NCBI GenBank assembly: GCA_963705295.1
Contig: OY970065.1
Coordinates: 256,001-320,000, forward strand
DNA: 64,000 nt
Source: Parachlamydiales bacterium
GTDB lineage: Bacteria; Chlamydiota; Chlamydiia; Chlamydiales; Rhabdochlamydiaceae
Direction of reading: 5' to 3'
Part shown: positions 46,174 to 55,234 of the stretch, one piece after another
Numbering within the stretch: the first letter of the stretch is position 1
How the letters are laid out: every line of letters begins with the position of its first letter
Made by a program: the position numbers and the translations under genes
The notes under the pieces: generated by a model
The model's database searches: none
What the model was told of the DNA's origin: nothing
Seen by the model: the letters and a program-made list of their open reading frames with translations, nothing else

Positions 46174-48892
46174 GGAAGACCTCCCTGAGGTGTGAATCCC
46201 ACATATTGATCCAGGCTTCACGAGCTGGAAGGAGGCTCCGTTTTTGAATCCACGATACAACGTCATCTTCATCATCGGAAAGAGAAATTTTACCCTCATT
46301 AAATATGGATCTTGCCCATTTTGGAAGGAGGGGGGATGGGGTCGTAAGAGCCCGCTCTGCATAGAGAAGATACTGTTGTAAAGCCAGGAGAGGGTCTTTT
46401 AAGTTAAGATCGATCTCTTTTCCTTTTTTTGTCAGGAGGAGTTTTCGAGGGAGCGGTAAATTTTGGATGATCAAATAAAGGGGCCAAACTTTCAAGAGAT
46501 CACCGAGCGACTCATCCCCGTGAAAGAGAAGTCCTTGAGGCGTTATTCCTTCGATTCTCCCTTGAATGAGGACATCTTTAATTTGGAGAGCAGGAAAGTA
46601 CCACTCATTAGGAGTGATTTGGATCGGCTCTTTGATGTGGGGTTTCAGTTCTACCGCGTAGATCGTATCCGGCTTTACATTTAGGTTCTCTAGAGCTTCG
46701 TGGTAACTTTCCATTTCCTCTTGCAATTTCAACGTGGCGACTTTACCAAATAAACCGGTTGGAAACTTTCCTTCACTGACCATTTTTTCTATGACTTTTT
46801 CTACAGGTTGGTTTTCTTTTCGGATCCGGTGGAGATCGATGTGATTTAAAACGAACTCGGAGTCTCTACTTTTCCAAGTAAAATCGATATCAAACCGCTC
46901 CTCAAAGAAAAATTGAAGGGGGTGTCTAGCAAGCTTTTGCAACATGCGTGTATCCCAGATTTTCGGATAAAGGGGTGGCAAAACAGGAACATGTTTTTCT
47001 TGAGTGGAACTTAAGAATACATCATGGATAGGATGGTGGATGATTTTGAGACCACAATACCGTTTTAACTCTTCGACTAACGGGGAGCTCATTTGATGTT
47101 TCCCATCTTCTCCGTTTTGACTTGTATAGGTTATGATAAACTTTTCTTGCGCATTGCAGAGGGCCTCTAAAAAAAGGAACCGATCTTCTTCGATAGAATG
47201 GGGCACGGGCAGTTCTTGAAGAGAGCACGGAAGATCTTGCCTAGGAAAACTCCCTTCATCCATTCCCATCAAGATAACAACTTTTGCAGAAACAAGGGCC
47301 CCTTTTTCTAGGGACGCAAAACGGACTGCCTGTAAATGAGATCCTTGGATCGACCCGCAGTGATTTTGAAAAATAGAGTGCAAAACCCGTTCAAGACTTG
47401 AAAAAGAGAATGGTCCCTCGACATTAAAAGATTTCAACCTTTCTAAATGCCGCACAAAATCTTCATCGATACCAAAGAATTTTTCTGTCAGTAAAATCAG
47501 GAAAGACGACCATTCATGGAGAGTAAAAGTTGCTGTAGATAAATGATTTAACTCATCTTCTAAGAGTTGTAAAACACCCATCCACCGGCTGAGAAGCTCG
47601 GCCTCTGAAAACTCTATAGATATCCGATCTTCCACCTGTGAACATACCAAAGACTCGACAAGCCTCTTTAAGCCGGCATGCCATGAGCGTGGATTTCCCT
47701 GCATGCCATATCTCGTTTGAGAAAATTCGATCCACCGGAGAAGAACGTGCACATCTTCCATCTTAAAATTAAAGTTTTCAAAAAAGGGTGGGCAAAACAA
47801 GAGTTTTTCTACCGATTCTTTCGAAAAATCGAATTTGAGAAGATCCAAAAGATCTTGCATCCCTTGCATCACACTGTTTTGTTTGGCTGCTTCCAATCCG
47901 AAAATCGCAAAATCATAGCTTCCCCCTTTTTGTCTAAAGACAAAGTCTATCAAGGGTGCATACGACTCGATTTGAGGAGTTAAGACAACGATATCACGCG
48001 GGTCAAAAGGAAGGTTTTGTACGATCTCCCAGACCGATTCGACCTCTCTCATCTTTGTCGGAGCAGCGTGGATTTGCAGAGAGTCATCCATTTTTTTCTC
48101 TAAAGAAGTGAGATTCAGCATTTCGGTTTGGATAACATTGAGAAGAGAATGGGAAGCTTTCTGAACATACGCTTCTATCACCGTTTCATCTTCAAAAAAT
48201 TCGAGAAGAGAGCGGCCCTTTGCCCCCCAATTTGCTAGCAAAGGGTGGTCATTTTCAAAAAATTCTCGCAAAACTGGAAAGTACCGTTGTTCCTTTGTAG
48301 ACCGGAGATCTCCCCAATACTCTTGACATGGAGAGAAGATAAAACAGGTCGTCTCCATCTCTTTGAACACATCTAAGGCATATCTTTCATAAGAAGGATC
48401 AAAAAGATAGATGGGTCCCTTGAATAACTTCCGATTTTTCCACGGAATTTCAGGGTCGAAAACACGTCGCCACAGCTCTTGCTGCCAACCCGGTTTCTCA
48501 AGCCATTTTAAAATCTTTTCTTCCGGATTATTCAAATACCGAAGGAAGAGATCACTCAAACGGTCGCATAAGCTGTATTTCCTTTTTAGACCTCGGCCAG
48601 ATAAATATTGATCTACAGTTTCTAAATCATCGATCGATTTCTCCATCTTAAGCGAGAGGACAGTTTTGGAAGGGAGATGCGGGAAGAGTTCGGAGACCGC
48701 TTGATGCCAGGTGAGGATCTTAAATCCCATGGCAATGTCGAGCTCAAAAGCCCATCTCAAAAAGAGATTTTGTTTCACTGTTTCACTAGGGACAATCACA
48801 GTGCGATTTTCAAAAGGGTGGCTACGCTGAAAAAGCTCCTTTTTCAGAGAATCGGCTAAAACATCGAACTGATTCGAAACAAAAACTTGCAT
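46160..48892 (-). CDS. recC: Exodeoxyribonuclease V gamma subunit
   Basis: SNQFDVL, SPCQEYWGD, HPLLANWG, QIHA..TKMREVE, DIVVL.P, EEDRFLFLEAL, ITY, HPLQFF. Confidence 0.9.
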   Translation of the reverse strand: MQVFVSNQFDVLADSLKKELFQRSHPFENRTVIVPSETVKQNLFLRWAFELDIAMGFKILTWHQAVSELFPHLPSKTVLSLKMEKSIDDLETVDQYLSGRGLKRKYSLCDRLSDLFLRYLNNPEEKILKWLEKPGWQQELWRRVFDPEIPWKNRKLFKGPIYLFDPSYERYALDVFKEMETTCFIFSPCQEYWGDLRSTKEQRYFPVLREFFENDHPLLANWGAKGRSLLEFFEDETVIEAYVQKASHSLLNVIQTEMLNLTSLEKKMDDSLQIHAAPTKMREVESVWEIVQNLPFDPRDIVVLTPQIESYAPLIDFVFRQKGGSYDFAIFGLEAAKQNSVMQGMQDLLDLLKFDFSKESVEKLLFCPPFFENFNFKMEDVHVLLRWIEFSQTRYGMQGNPRSWHAGLKRLVESLVCSQVEDRISIEFSEAELLSRWMGVLQLLEDELNHLSTATFTLHEWSSFLILLTEKFFGIDEDFVRHLERLKSFNVEGPFSFSSLERVLHSIFQNHCGSIQGSHLQAVRFASLEKGALVSAKVVILMGMDEGSFPRQDLPCSLQELPVPHSIEEDRFLFLEALCNAQEKFIITYTSQNGEDGKHQMSSPLVEELKRYCGLKIIHHPIHDVFLSSTQEKHVPVLPPLYPKIWDTRMLQKLARHPLQFFFEERFDIDFTWKSRDSEFVLNHIDLHRIRKENQPVEKVIEKMVSEGKFPTGLFGKVATLKLQEEMESYHEALENLNVKPDTIYAVELKPHIKEPIQITPNEWYFPALQIKDVLIQGRIEGITPQGLLFHGDESLGDLLKVWPLYLIIQNLPLPRKLLLTKKGKEIDLNLKDPLLALQQYLLYAERALTTPSPLLPKWARSIFNEGKISLSDDEDDVVSWIQKRSLLPAREAWINMWDSHLREVFHDLL

Positions 48893-48908
48893 ATGATACT
48901 ATTATTCT

Positions 48909-50564
48909 ATGTCAAAATTGGAAGATCTTCACCGTTTTTTCTCAAAACTACCCGGATTTTCCCGCCCTGAGAAATATTCTCTCCAATTTCTCAATATTGC
49001 TCAATTCATGGGTGTTCTCAACGATAATATTTTCAAACTCGTCATCGTCTTTCTTCTCATTGATACCAAAGGAGCCAACTTGGCAAGCTCCATTGTCGCC
49101 AAAGTGGGTGCCGTTTACGTGATTCCATTTTTGCTCTTTTCTTCAGCGGCAGGAGTTCTCGCCGACCGTTTTAGTAAACAACACCTGATGACGATTCTCA
49201 AAGCGATTGAAATGGTGACGATGGTCCTTGCGATGATCGCTTTTGGTTTAAAAAGTGAATGGGCCAGTTATACGCTCCTTTTTCTTCTATCGACCCATAG
49301 TGCGATGTTTGGGCCTCCTAAATACGCCATTATCCCAGAACTGGTTCCTCGTGAGAAAGTTTCGAGCGCAAATGGTTTAATTACCTCTTTTACCTATGTC
49401 GGAATTATCATAGGGACGTTTCTTGCGTCGTTTGCAACCTCCATTACGAATCGAAATTATGTTTTGGTGGGTGGGATATGTCTCGTCATCGCCATGATCG
49501 GATTTATCAGTACTTTTGGCATCCGAAAAACGGCCCCTCAAGGAAGCACGAAAAAAATAAACCCTTTCTTTATCAAACAGATCGCCACGACTCTTAAATT
49601 TTGCAGTACACAAAGACACCTTATTGTTGCTATTACCGGCTCTGCTTATTTTCTGTTTATTGGTGCTTTCGTTCAGCTCAATATCATTCCCTACGCCATT
49701 ACCTCGCTCCATCTCAGTGAAATTTCTGGCGGATATCTATTTTTGAGTACTGCCATTGGAATTGCACTCGGAGCTTATATTGGAGGGAAGGTTTCCAAAA
49801 AAAGAATAGAACTGGGCTTGTCGTGTTTATCAGGCTTTTTTATTGCTCTTTTTTTCATCCTTTTGTCGGTCATACCTCATCATCTTTATACGGTGATTTC
49901 TTTACTTGTCGTACTCGGGTTCTCCGGCGGTCTTTTTATCGTGCCGCTCGATTCGTTTATTCAAGTCTTCAGTCCTAATGAAAAAAGAGGACAAATCATC
50001 GCGGCAAACAATTTCCTTAGTTTTTGCGGCGTCCTTTTCGCTGCCATAGCTCTGTATGTTTTTAGTGTTCTCCTCGGCCTTTCGCCTGCAACCGGATTTG
50101 GAATCACGGGTGTCTTGACATTCGGTCTCACTCTTTTCATGGTATCGAGGCTGTCCGACCTCGCCTTTCCTTTCATCGCCAAGCGGGTGATCTATCCTTT
50201 CAAAAGAATTCAAACAAAACAGCTTGATCTTCTAGAACAAAACCCGGGAGCCATTTGCATTCTGCAGAATCCTAGCCGGAAAAAAGCTTTGCTCCTTCTC
50301 ACAGTCGCACCCAATACCCATTTTATCTTCCATCACCGAGAGAAAAGTAAATTTCTTTGGTTTTCAAAAATTTTCTACTCGCTCCATGTTGTTCCACCTA
50401 AAACTTCTCTCGTTGAAAAAGCAACAGAACTGTCAGAAGATAACTTCAATCCGTGTATTTTGCCGGATGAAAACCTCGAGATTCCGAAGAAAACAAAGGT
50501 GATTTATGTCGACGTCTCAAATTCTAATAGAGACGTCGTGATATCCTTTAATCAGAAAGCGTAG
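48909..50564 (+). CDS. LplT/Aas-type MFS transporter
   Basis: QFMGVLNDNIFK, PFLLFS..AG.LADRFSK, HSAMFGPPKYAIIPE, GGLFIVPL, RGQIIAANN; short degenerate C-terminal domain. Confidence 0.85.
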   Translation: MSKLEDLHRFFSKLPGFSRPEKYSLQFLNIAQFMGVLNDNIFKLVIVFLLIDTKGANLASSIVAKVGAVYVIPFLLFSSAAGVLADRFSKQHLMTILKAIEMVTMVLAMIAFGLKSEWASYTLLFLLSTHSAMFGPPKYAIIPELVPREKVSSANGLITSFTYVGIIIGTFLASFATSITNRNYVLVGGICLVIAMIGFISTFGIRKTAPQGSTKKINPFFIKQIATTLKFCSTQRHLIVAITGSAYFLFIGAFVQLNIIPYAITSLHLSEISGGYLFLSTAIGIALGAYIGGKVSKKRIELGLSCLSGFFIALFFILLSVIPHHLYTVISLLVVLGFSGGLFIVPLDSFIQVFSPNEKRGQIIAANNFLSFCGVLFAAIALYVFSVLLGLSPATGFGITGVLTFGLTLFMVSRLSDLAFPFIAKRVIYPFKRIQTKQLDLLEQNPGAICILQNPSRKKALLLLTVAPNTHFIFHHREKSKFLWFSKIFYSLHVVPPKTSLVEKATELSEDNFNPCILPDENLEIPKKTKVIYVDVSNSNRDVVISFNQKA

Positions 50565-51784
50565 ATGAGTTCGAGCTCGTACTGTTTATACCGTCGGAAA
50601 GGACCGATTTGACTATCGAGCCGAATCGATTGGCTCCACTCTTGAAAAAGGGTCAAGTTATTGGTCAGCAAATACTGCAGTGTCAATTTGAAAGCGCGGA
50701 AATTGACATTTCCTTCAGCATTGCGCGCTTCATTGATTGCCACTAAGTGATCGTCTTCTTTCTTGGAATAAAAATCATGGCCGCCACGGCTTCCGAGTCC
50801 AACGCCAAGCATATCGAAGGAAGGGACGCACTGGGCAGCTAAAAGTTGATACGTTGCTTCGAAGTTCCAATCACCCGCTTGTTTCAACTGTCCGATCGAG
50901 AACCCCAGATAACCGCCAAAATTTGCCCTTTTATTATCGGATACAGGGAGTCTGCGCGCACGGTGGTTATAAAGACCTGCAAGATAGAAGTTGATCACTT
51001 TGTCCCAAGGTTGAGGAATAAATTTGTATCCAAGGAGAAGTTGAGAAACGATGAACCTAAATTCCCTTCTAAATACCGTATTCTTCGGATTCTTTGTAGC
51101 CCAGTCGACCATCGAATATTTTGAATAAAAACCGGTATTAGCAACATTCAAAATTCCGAGCTCTCCAATATACGCTGCTCGGTCTTTCTTCTCGTTGACG
51201 ATGAAAGCACCCAAGTTATAATAAACGTCGCCGACTTGATCGATCGAGTAAACATCTTGGAAATTCACACCATCGAAATTCGAGGCAAATTGCACTTTAG
51301 AGTCAAAAATGGCGAACATTTGCCGGCGACCGACCACAACTTCAGCCGTATGCCGATCTCGATCGATCACCCGGTATCCGAAATACGCTTTGTCGACGCG
51401 GATCTTATTGTTTGTTCCACTTCCTAAATGTTCATGATGAATCCCTGCATCGTTGTCAAAACGAGCCCTTGCAGCTGCCCATGTATTTTCTGTCCTATAA
51501 TCAATACTCAAATTGAACTCGACGTCGTAGGCGTTATTCGGAATGTGTGAATTTTTCCCTCGCAAAGCAACTCCATCTTTGGTGACAGTCGTCGCTTGCA
51601 TCTCTGCCCGGATCTCGCCACTGATCGAAAGCTGGCCGCCCAGTTCCTTTACAGTGATCATCCTTTTGGAATTAATCCAATCGCGCAAAGCTTGAATATC
51701 TTCATCATTCACTTCATCCACAGCATAGACTGCTGAGAAAAGAAGAGCCGAACTTAAGAGAAGCGTACGACTGAAATAACCCAT
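50552..51784 (-). CDS. Chlamydial outer-membrane beta-barrel protein
   Basis: Signal peptide, amphipathic beta strands, C-terminal ELELIYAF ending in Phe. Confidence 0.8.
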   Translation of the reverse strand: MGYFSRTLLLSSALLFSAVYAVDEVNDEDIQALRDWINSKRMITVKELGGQLSISGEIRAEMQATTVTKDGVALRGKNSHIPNNAYDVEFNLSIDYRTENTWAAARARFDNDAGIHHEHLGSGTNNKIRVDKAYFGYRVIDRDRHTAEVVVGRRQMFAIFDSKVQFASNFDGVNFQDVYSIDQVGDVYYNLGAFIVNEKKDRAAYIGELGILNVANTGFYSKYSMVDWATKNPKNTVFRREFRFIVSQLLLGYKFIPQPWDKVINFYLAGLYNHRARRLPVSDNKRANFGGYLGFSIGQLKQAGDWNFEATYQLLAAQCVPSFDMLGVGLGSRGGHDFYSKKEDDHLVAINEARNAEGNVNFRAFKLTLQYLLTNNLTLFQEWSQSIRLDSQIGPFRRYKQYELELIYAF

Positions 51785-51817
51785 AGAGGGACTCCTATCT
51801 TATAATATGAGCGAGTC

Positions 51818-51846
51818 AGTATAAAGCCGCCAATTGTTTTTGTAAA
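51818..51846 (-). promoter_or_regulatory. Candidate sigma66/70 promoter for the OMP
   Basis: TTTACA-17 nt-TATACT on the minus strand. Confidence 0.65.
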
Positions 51847-51919
51847 TTGAGCACTTGTGAAAAAATCTGATGAGAGATATTGAAGAGAAATGTAATATTA
51901 TTTTTAAACGGAGGAAAAT

Positions 51920-52024
51920 ATGGCAAAGAAAAAAGCAAAGAAAACGGCAACACGCAAAAAAGCAAAATCTACCAAGAAGCCGAAGAAAAAAGGCAAAATG
52001 GGAACTTGCGGAACTTGCATGTAG
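51920..52024 (+). CDS. 34-aa Lys-rich histone-like peptide with C-terminal CxxC (not in ORF track)
   Basis: GGAGG RBS; MAKKKAKKTATRKKAKSTKKPKKKGKMGTCGTCM*. Confidence 0.7.
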   Translation: MAKKKAKKTATRKKAKSTKKPKKKGKMGTCGTCM

Positions 52025-52041
52025 ATCACTGACTCGGGAAT

Positions 52042-52998
52042 TTATTCCCGAGTTTTTAAGATTTTAGTGCAGAAAATGCATCCGTCTCTTTCTTCAAAGT
52101 CTAATAATTTAAAAATCTTATCATGCACATGAAAATCTTCTCTTTTGAAGATCGGGTGTGTAAAAAAGAACTTCAGATTTCTCTCTATGCGTACAGGTGG
52201 AAAAAATTTCTCCAGTTTTCTCTTCCATGTGTGATAAAGATTCGATAATTTTTTAGCTCTTTTACAATTTCCCCCCCCCTCTTCAATCACCCCTTCTAAG
52301 AAAAAAATTATCCATGTCTCCCAATTATCCTTCTCGGAAAGTTCAAACAGTTTTTCGAAATAAAGGTCATAATTCCGATTGAAATATCCACTCATAAAAA
52401 ATAGTGGATGCGAAACCAGTTTTTTTTGGCAAAATAAGGGAGCAAGAAGGATCCTTCCAACACGACCATTCCCATCCATGAAAGGGTGAATCGTCAAAAA
52501 CTGTGCAAAATAGATAGCCAGTTGAATCAGCGGGTCTTTCTCAGGGTAATGCAGATATCCCCTCAAGTTTTTCATAAGACTTGGCACTGACGAAGCCTTC
52601 GGAGGATAAAATCTCGCCTTTTCAATAGGAGATCCTTGCAGGCCAATCCAATTTTGCCGATCTCTGAAATGACCAATATCTTTCTTTCGAGTCAATGTGT
52701 GGCTTTTAACAAGCGCATGAAGTTTTAAAATAAACTGATTTGTAGGTGGTTTTCGAATTCCTTTTTTCCTCGCATAATCTAAAGCCCTCAAATAGTTATG
52801 ATCAGAGGTATGGACCGAAAAGATCGTTTCTAAAATCCTCAGGAATGAAAAAACATAGAGGGGTGCTTCTTCTAAGATTTCATTGAACTCGCCCAGAACA
52901 CGGTGTGCCTTACCAAGATACGGAACAAAACATTCCCAGTGCAGTTTTTTTTTCAGAGGCAACTTCTTGGGAACGAAGGCTTTTACTTTCATCATCAA
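52042..52998 (-). CDS. Fic-domain protein
   Basis: Intact motif HPFMDGNGRVGR; GHFRDRQNWIG; WETWIIFFLEGV. Confidence 0.9.
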   Translation of the reverse strand: MMMKVKAFVPKKLPLKKKLHWECFVPYLGKAHRVLGEFNEILEEAPLYVFSFLRILETIFSVHTSDHNYLRALDYARKKGIRKPPTNQFILKLHALVKSHTLTRKKDIGHFRDRQNWIGLQGSPIEKARFYPPKASSVPSLMKNLRGYLHYPEKDPLIQLAIYFAQFLTIHPFMDGNGRVGRILLAPLFCQKKLVSHPLFFMSGYFNRNYDLYFEKLFELSEKDNWETWIIFFLEGVIEEGGGNCKRAKKLSNLYHTWKRKLEKFFPPVRIERNLKFFFTHPIFKREDFHVHDKIFKLLDFEERDGCIFCTKILKTRE

Positions 52999-53711
52999 AA
53001 CTTCAAGTTTCCTCCAAACGTCACACCTTCTTCGTCAAAGAGCTGGACTTCGACATTCAAATCGATCTTTTTTCCTTGAGATAATGTGCAACCAAGGGCT
53101 ATGCCCCACCGACAACGGTTCGTCATTTCAAATTCTTTTTTTATTCCATTCACATCGGCATGAACGTCGGAAAATTTAAGACCTAAATACGGCGTGAAAA
53201 GATCGATGGTGTGGAAAGCAGCAAACGAAGCCTGCCATTCATGATAGGCTAAATGACCGCGAGAGTGCGATTCGAAGGGTGGTTTTCCATATTGAATTTT
53301 TCCATCCATCCCTATTCCTGTATTTCCCCACTGCGCCAGAACAAATCGAAGTCCTCCTCCGACAGTCCAATGGTCATGTGTCCGGAACTTCTCTCTTTCA
53401 TCCTCTTTTCTCTTCGAAAAGTGACAGTTGATAGCTCCCATAGATCCATAAAGTTCTACACGGTCGAGATAATTTAAAATTAAAACACCTTGATTCATCC
53501 GGATTTTGCACGTATCGATGTGCCCACGGCCCATCGTTTGGAGTCGCCGATTGAAAACAACATCCCCCTGATAACCGGCTTTCGCCGTCACGCTGTAGTT
53601 TTGAGGAATAAAGAATCCCTCATCGATGATCTGAACTTCAGCAGGATTTCCCATATAAAGTCCAAATGCCATTGAAGAAACACACAAGAAAAAAAGTAAA
53701 AGACGCATCAT
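52995..53711 (-). CDS. MOMP-like chlamydial porin-family protein (short)
   Basis: Signal peptide, then LYMGNPAEVQIIDEG (cf. MOMP LPVGNPAEPSLMIDG), AGYQGDVVFNRRL, YHEWQA, PYLG; C-terminal Phe. Confidence 0.85.
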   Translation of the reverse strand: MMRLLLFFLCVSSMAFGLYMGNPAEVQIIDEGFFIPQNYSVTAKAGYQGDVVFNRRLQTMGRGHIDTCKIRMNQGVLILNYLDRVELYGSMGAINCHFSKRKEDEREKFRTHDHWTVGGGLRFVLAQWGNTGIGMDGKIQYGKPPFESHSRGHLAYHEWQASFAAFHTIDLFTPYLGLKFSDVHADVNGIKKEFEMTNRCRWGIALGCTLSQGKKIDLNVEVQLFDEEGVTFGGNLKF

Positions 53712-53720
53712 TCAACTAGT

Positions 53721-55214
53721 CTAAATTTTTGTAGTATAGATCGTCCAGGAAAATTCTTTTCCCTTACCCATCCACGTTTTCACAAGCGGCACAGGTTCTC
53801 CAAAACGGCCTTCTTTATCCGTCTTCCAAATTTCGAGATTCGAGGTCGCGGGATTGACGACGAAGGCAAAATATCCATTCGGCCAATTCGTATCAGCGAA
53901 AACACAAACAGGAGAGGCCGACTTTAAGAATTTATCCCGGATCCACGTATATGTAAAGCCAGGATCGAGCCACCCTTCTCGAAAGAAAGGAAGTCCGGGC
54001 AGTAGGGAAAAAATATGGGTCGGAGATTCGATCAGAAGCCCTTGCTCCGGATCTTTTAAAAAAACATCGGTCAGTCTAGGAGGAAGACTCTTTAATGTAT
54101 CGAGGAGGAAAATGAAGAGATCGAGCTCATCTACGATTTCTCTTTTTTCGTGCTTCAGCGACATCCCTAAATAGATCGAGACAATTTGGTCGACCGATCC
54201 ACCCGAATGATAGCCCCACGGAAGACGGTCCTTAGAGGAAGTCCTCTCCAGCGCCATTTGGAGAAAATCTCGTGACTGCACATGGTGGATAGCAACCGTT
54301 GTCATTTCCTCAAGAAGCCTTTTCGCTTCGTCCGTTTCGCAAATATGAGCAATGGAGGGTTCAGTATTCGAAAAAAATTCGATCAAAACACGGATAAACT
54401 GATCTCCATTTTCTATCTGTGTCCATTGAGACGGATCGATCCGTCCGTGTGTGTAAACTAGACGGAAACCTGCCGTTCGATCTTCATACGGCCCGAGGGA
54501 TGTCTCGGCCATTTTAGGATCGTAGACTTCCTGAAAATATTCTTGAAAAAGCCGGATATACTCACGGATTAAAAATGAAAAAAAATGGGCAACTATTTTT
54601 GCTTTCTCTTCCCAGATGCTCCGCAAATCTTCACAGCTTTTGAGATGATAGAGGCGAGCTTTTGTATCCTCTAGAGCAAAAGCCTCTAAGACGGCCAAAT
54701 GGTATTCGTGAATTTTTTCCTGACAATGAAAAAGTTTTTGCTCAAGAGCTTTATAAAGGGCCTCCCCAATCCCTCCTTTGACTTCCGGGTTAAGACCGAG
54801 GCTCCAACTTAAATTCCAATGTGAAAACTCTCGTTTGACATCGCAAAAAGAAGCGAGCGTGTATTCCCAAACTTTTATTAGCCCCTCCGAGCTCAGACTC
54901 ATTGGAACACTATATTCGACCCCTTCAACAACGCGCTTCAACCGGCCCGTTGTCAAAAGATCGTACAGATCGTTGATGAGAAGATCGACCCTCTGTTTTT
55001 GAGCTAAAATCGCCGGAGCCGTCGCAAAACACGATCCAATACTCTGCCTCAGCGGCGTCAAACACGCCACCAAAGCGGCTCGTCTAACATGATCATCTTC
55101 CAGCTTTGTATTCCGAGGAAGGCCGAGTGTTTGACGGACGATTTCTTCCGCTCTATGGTGACAGAGGGGTAGTGAAAATTTTTTGAATTTAGCTTCTTCT
55201 AATTTTTCACCCAT
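53721..55214 (-). CDS. Hypothetical protein, possible papain-like cysteine protease
   Basis: RQSIGSCFA ... SGG ... THIF ... ADTNW. Confidence 0.7.
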   Translation of the reverse strand: MGEKLEEAKFKKFSLPLCHHRAEEIVRQTLGLPRNTKLEDDHVRRAALVACLTPLRQSIGSCFATAPAILAQKQRVDLLINDLYDLLTTGRLKRVVEGVEYSVPMSLSSEGLIKVWEYTLASFCDVKREFSHWNLSWSLGLNPEVKGGIGEALYKALEQKLFHCQEKIHEYHLAVLEAFALEDTKARLYHLKSCEDLRSIWEEKAKIVAHFFSFLIREYIRLFQEYFQEVYDPKMAETSLGPYEDRTAGFRLVYTHGRIDPSQWTQIENGDQFIRVLIEFFSNTEPSIAHICETDEAKRLLEEMTTVAIHHVQSRDFLQMALERTSSKDRLPWGYHSGGSVDQIVSIYLGMSLKHEKREIVDELDLFIFLLDTLKSLPPRLTDVFLKDPEQGLLIESPTHIFSLLPGLPFFREGWLDPGFTYTWIRDKFLKSASPVCVFADTNWPNGYFAFVVNPATSNLEIWKTDKEGRFGEPVPLVKTWMGKGKEFSWTIYTTKI

Positions 55215-55234
55215 TTATCTATAATAAATTCTCT

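Noticed and set aside
46174..46362. 63-aa N-terminal extension of RecB
   Set aside because: Lies inside recC; the SD-supported ATG is at 46173.
51870..52067. 65-aa ORF in the track
   Set aside because: The SD fits ATG 51920 in another frame, and this ORF overlaps the Fic gene.
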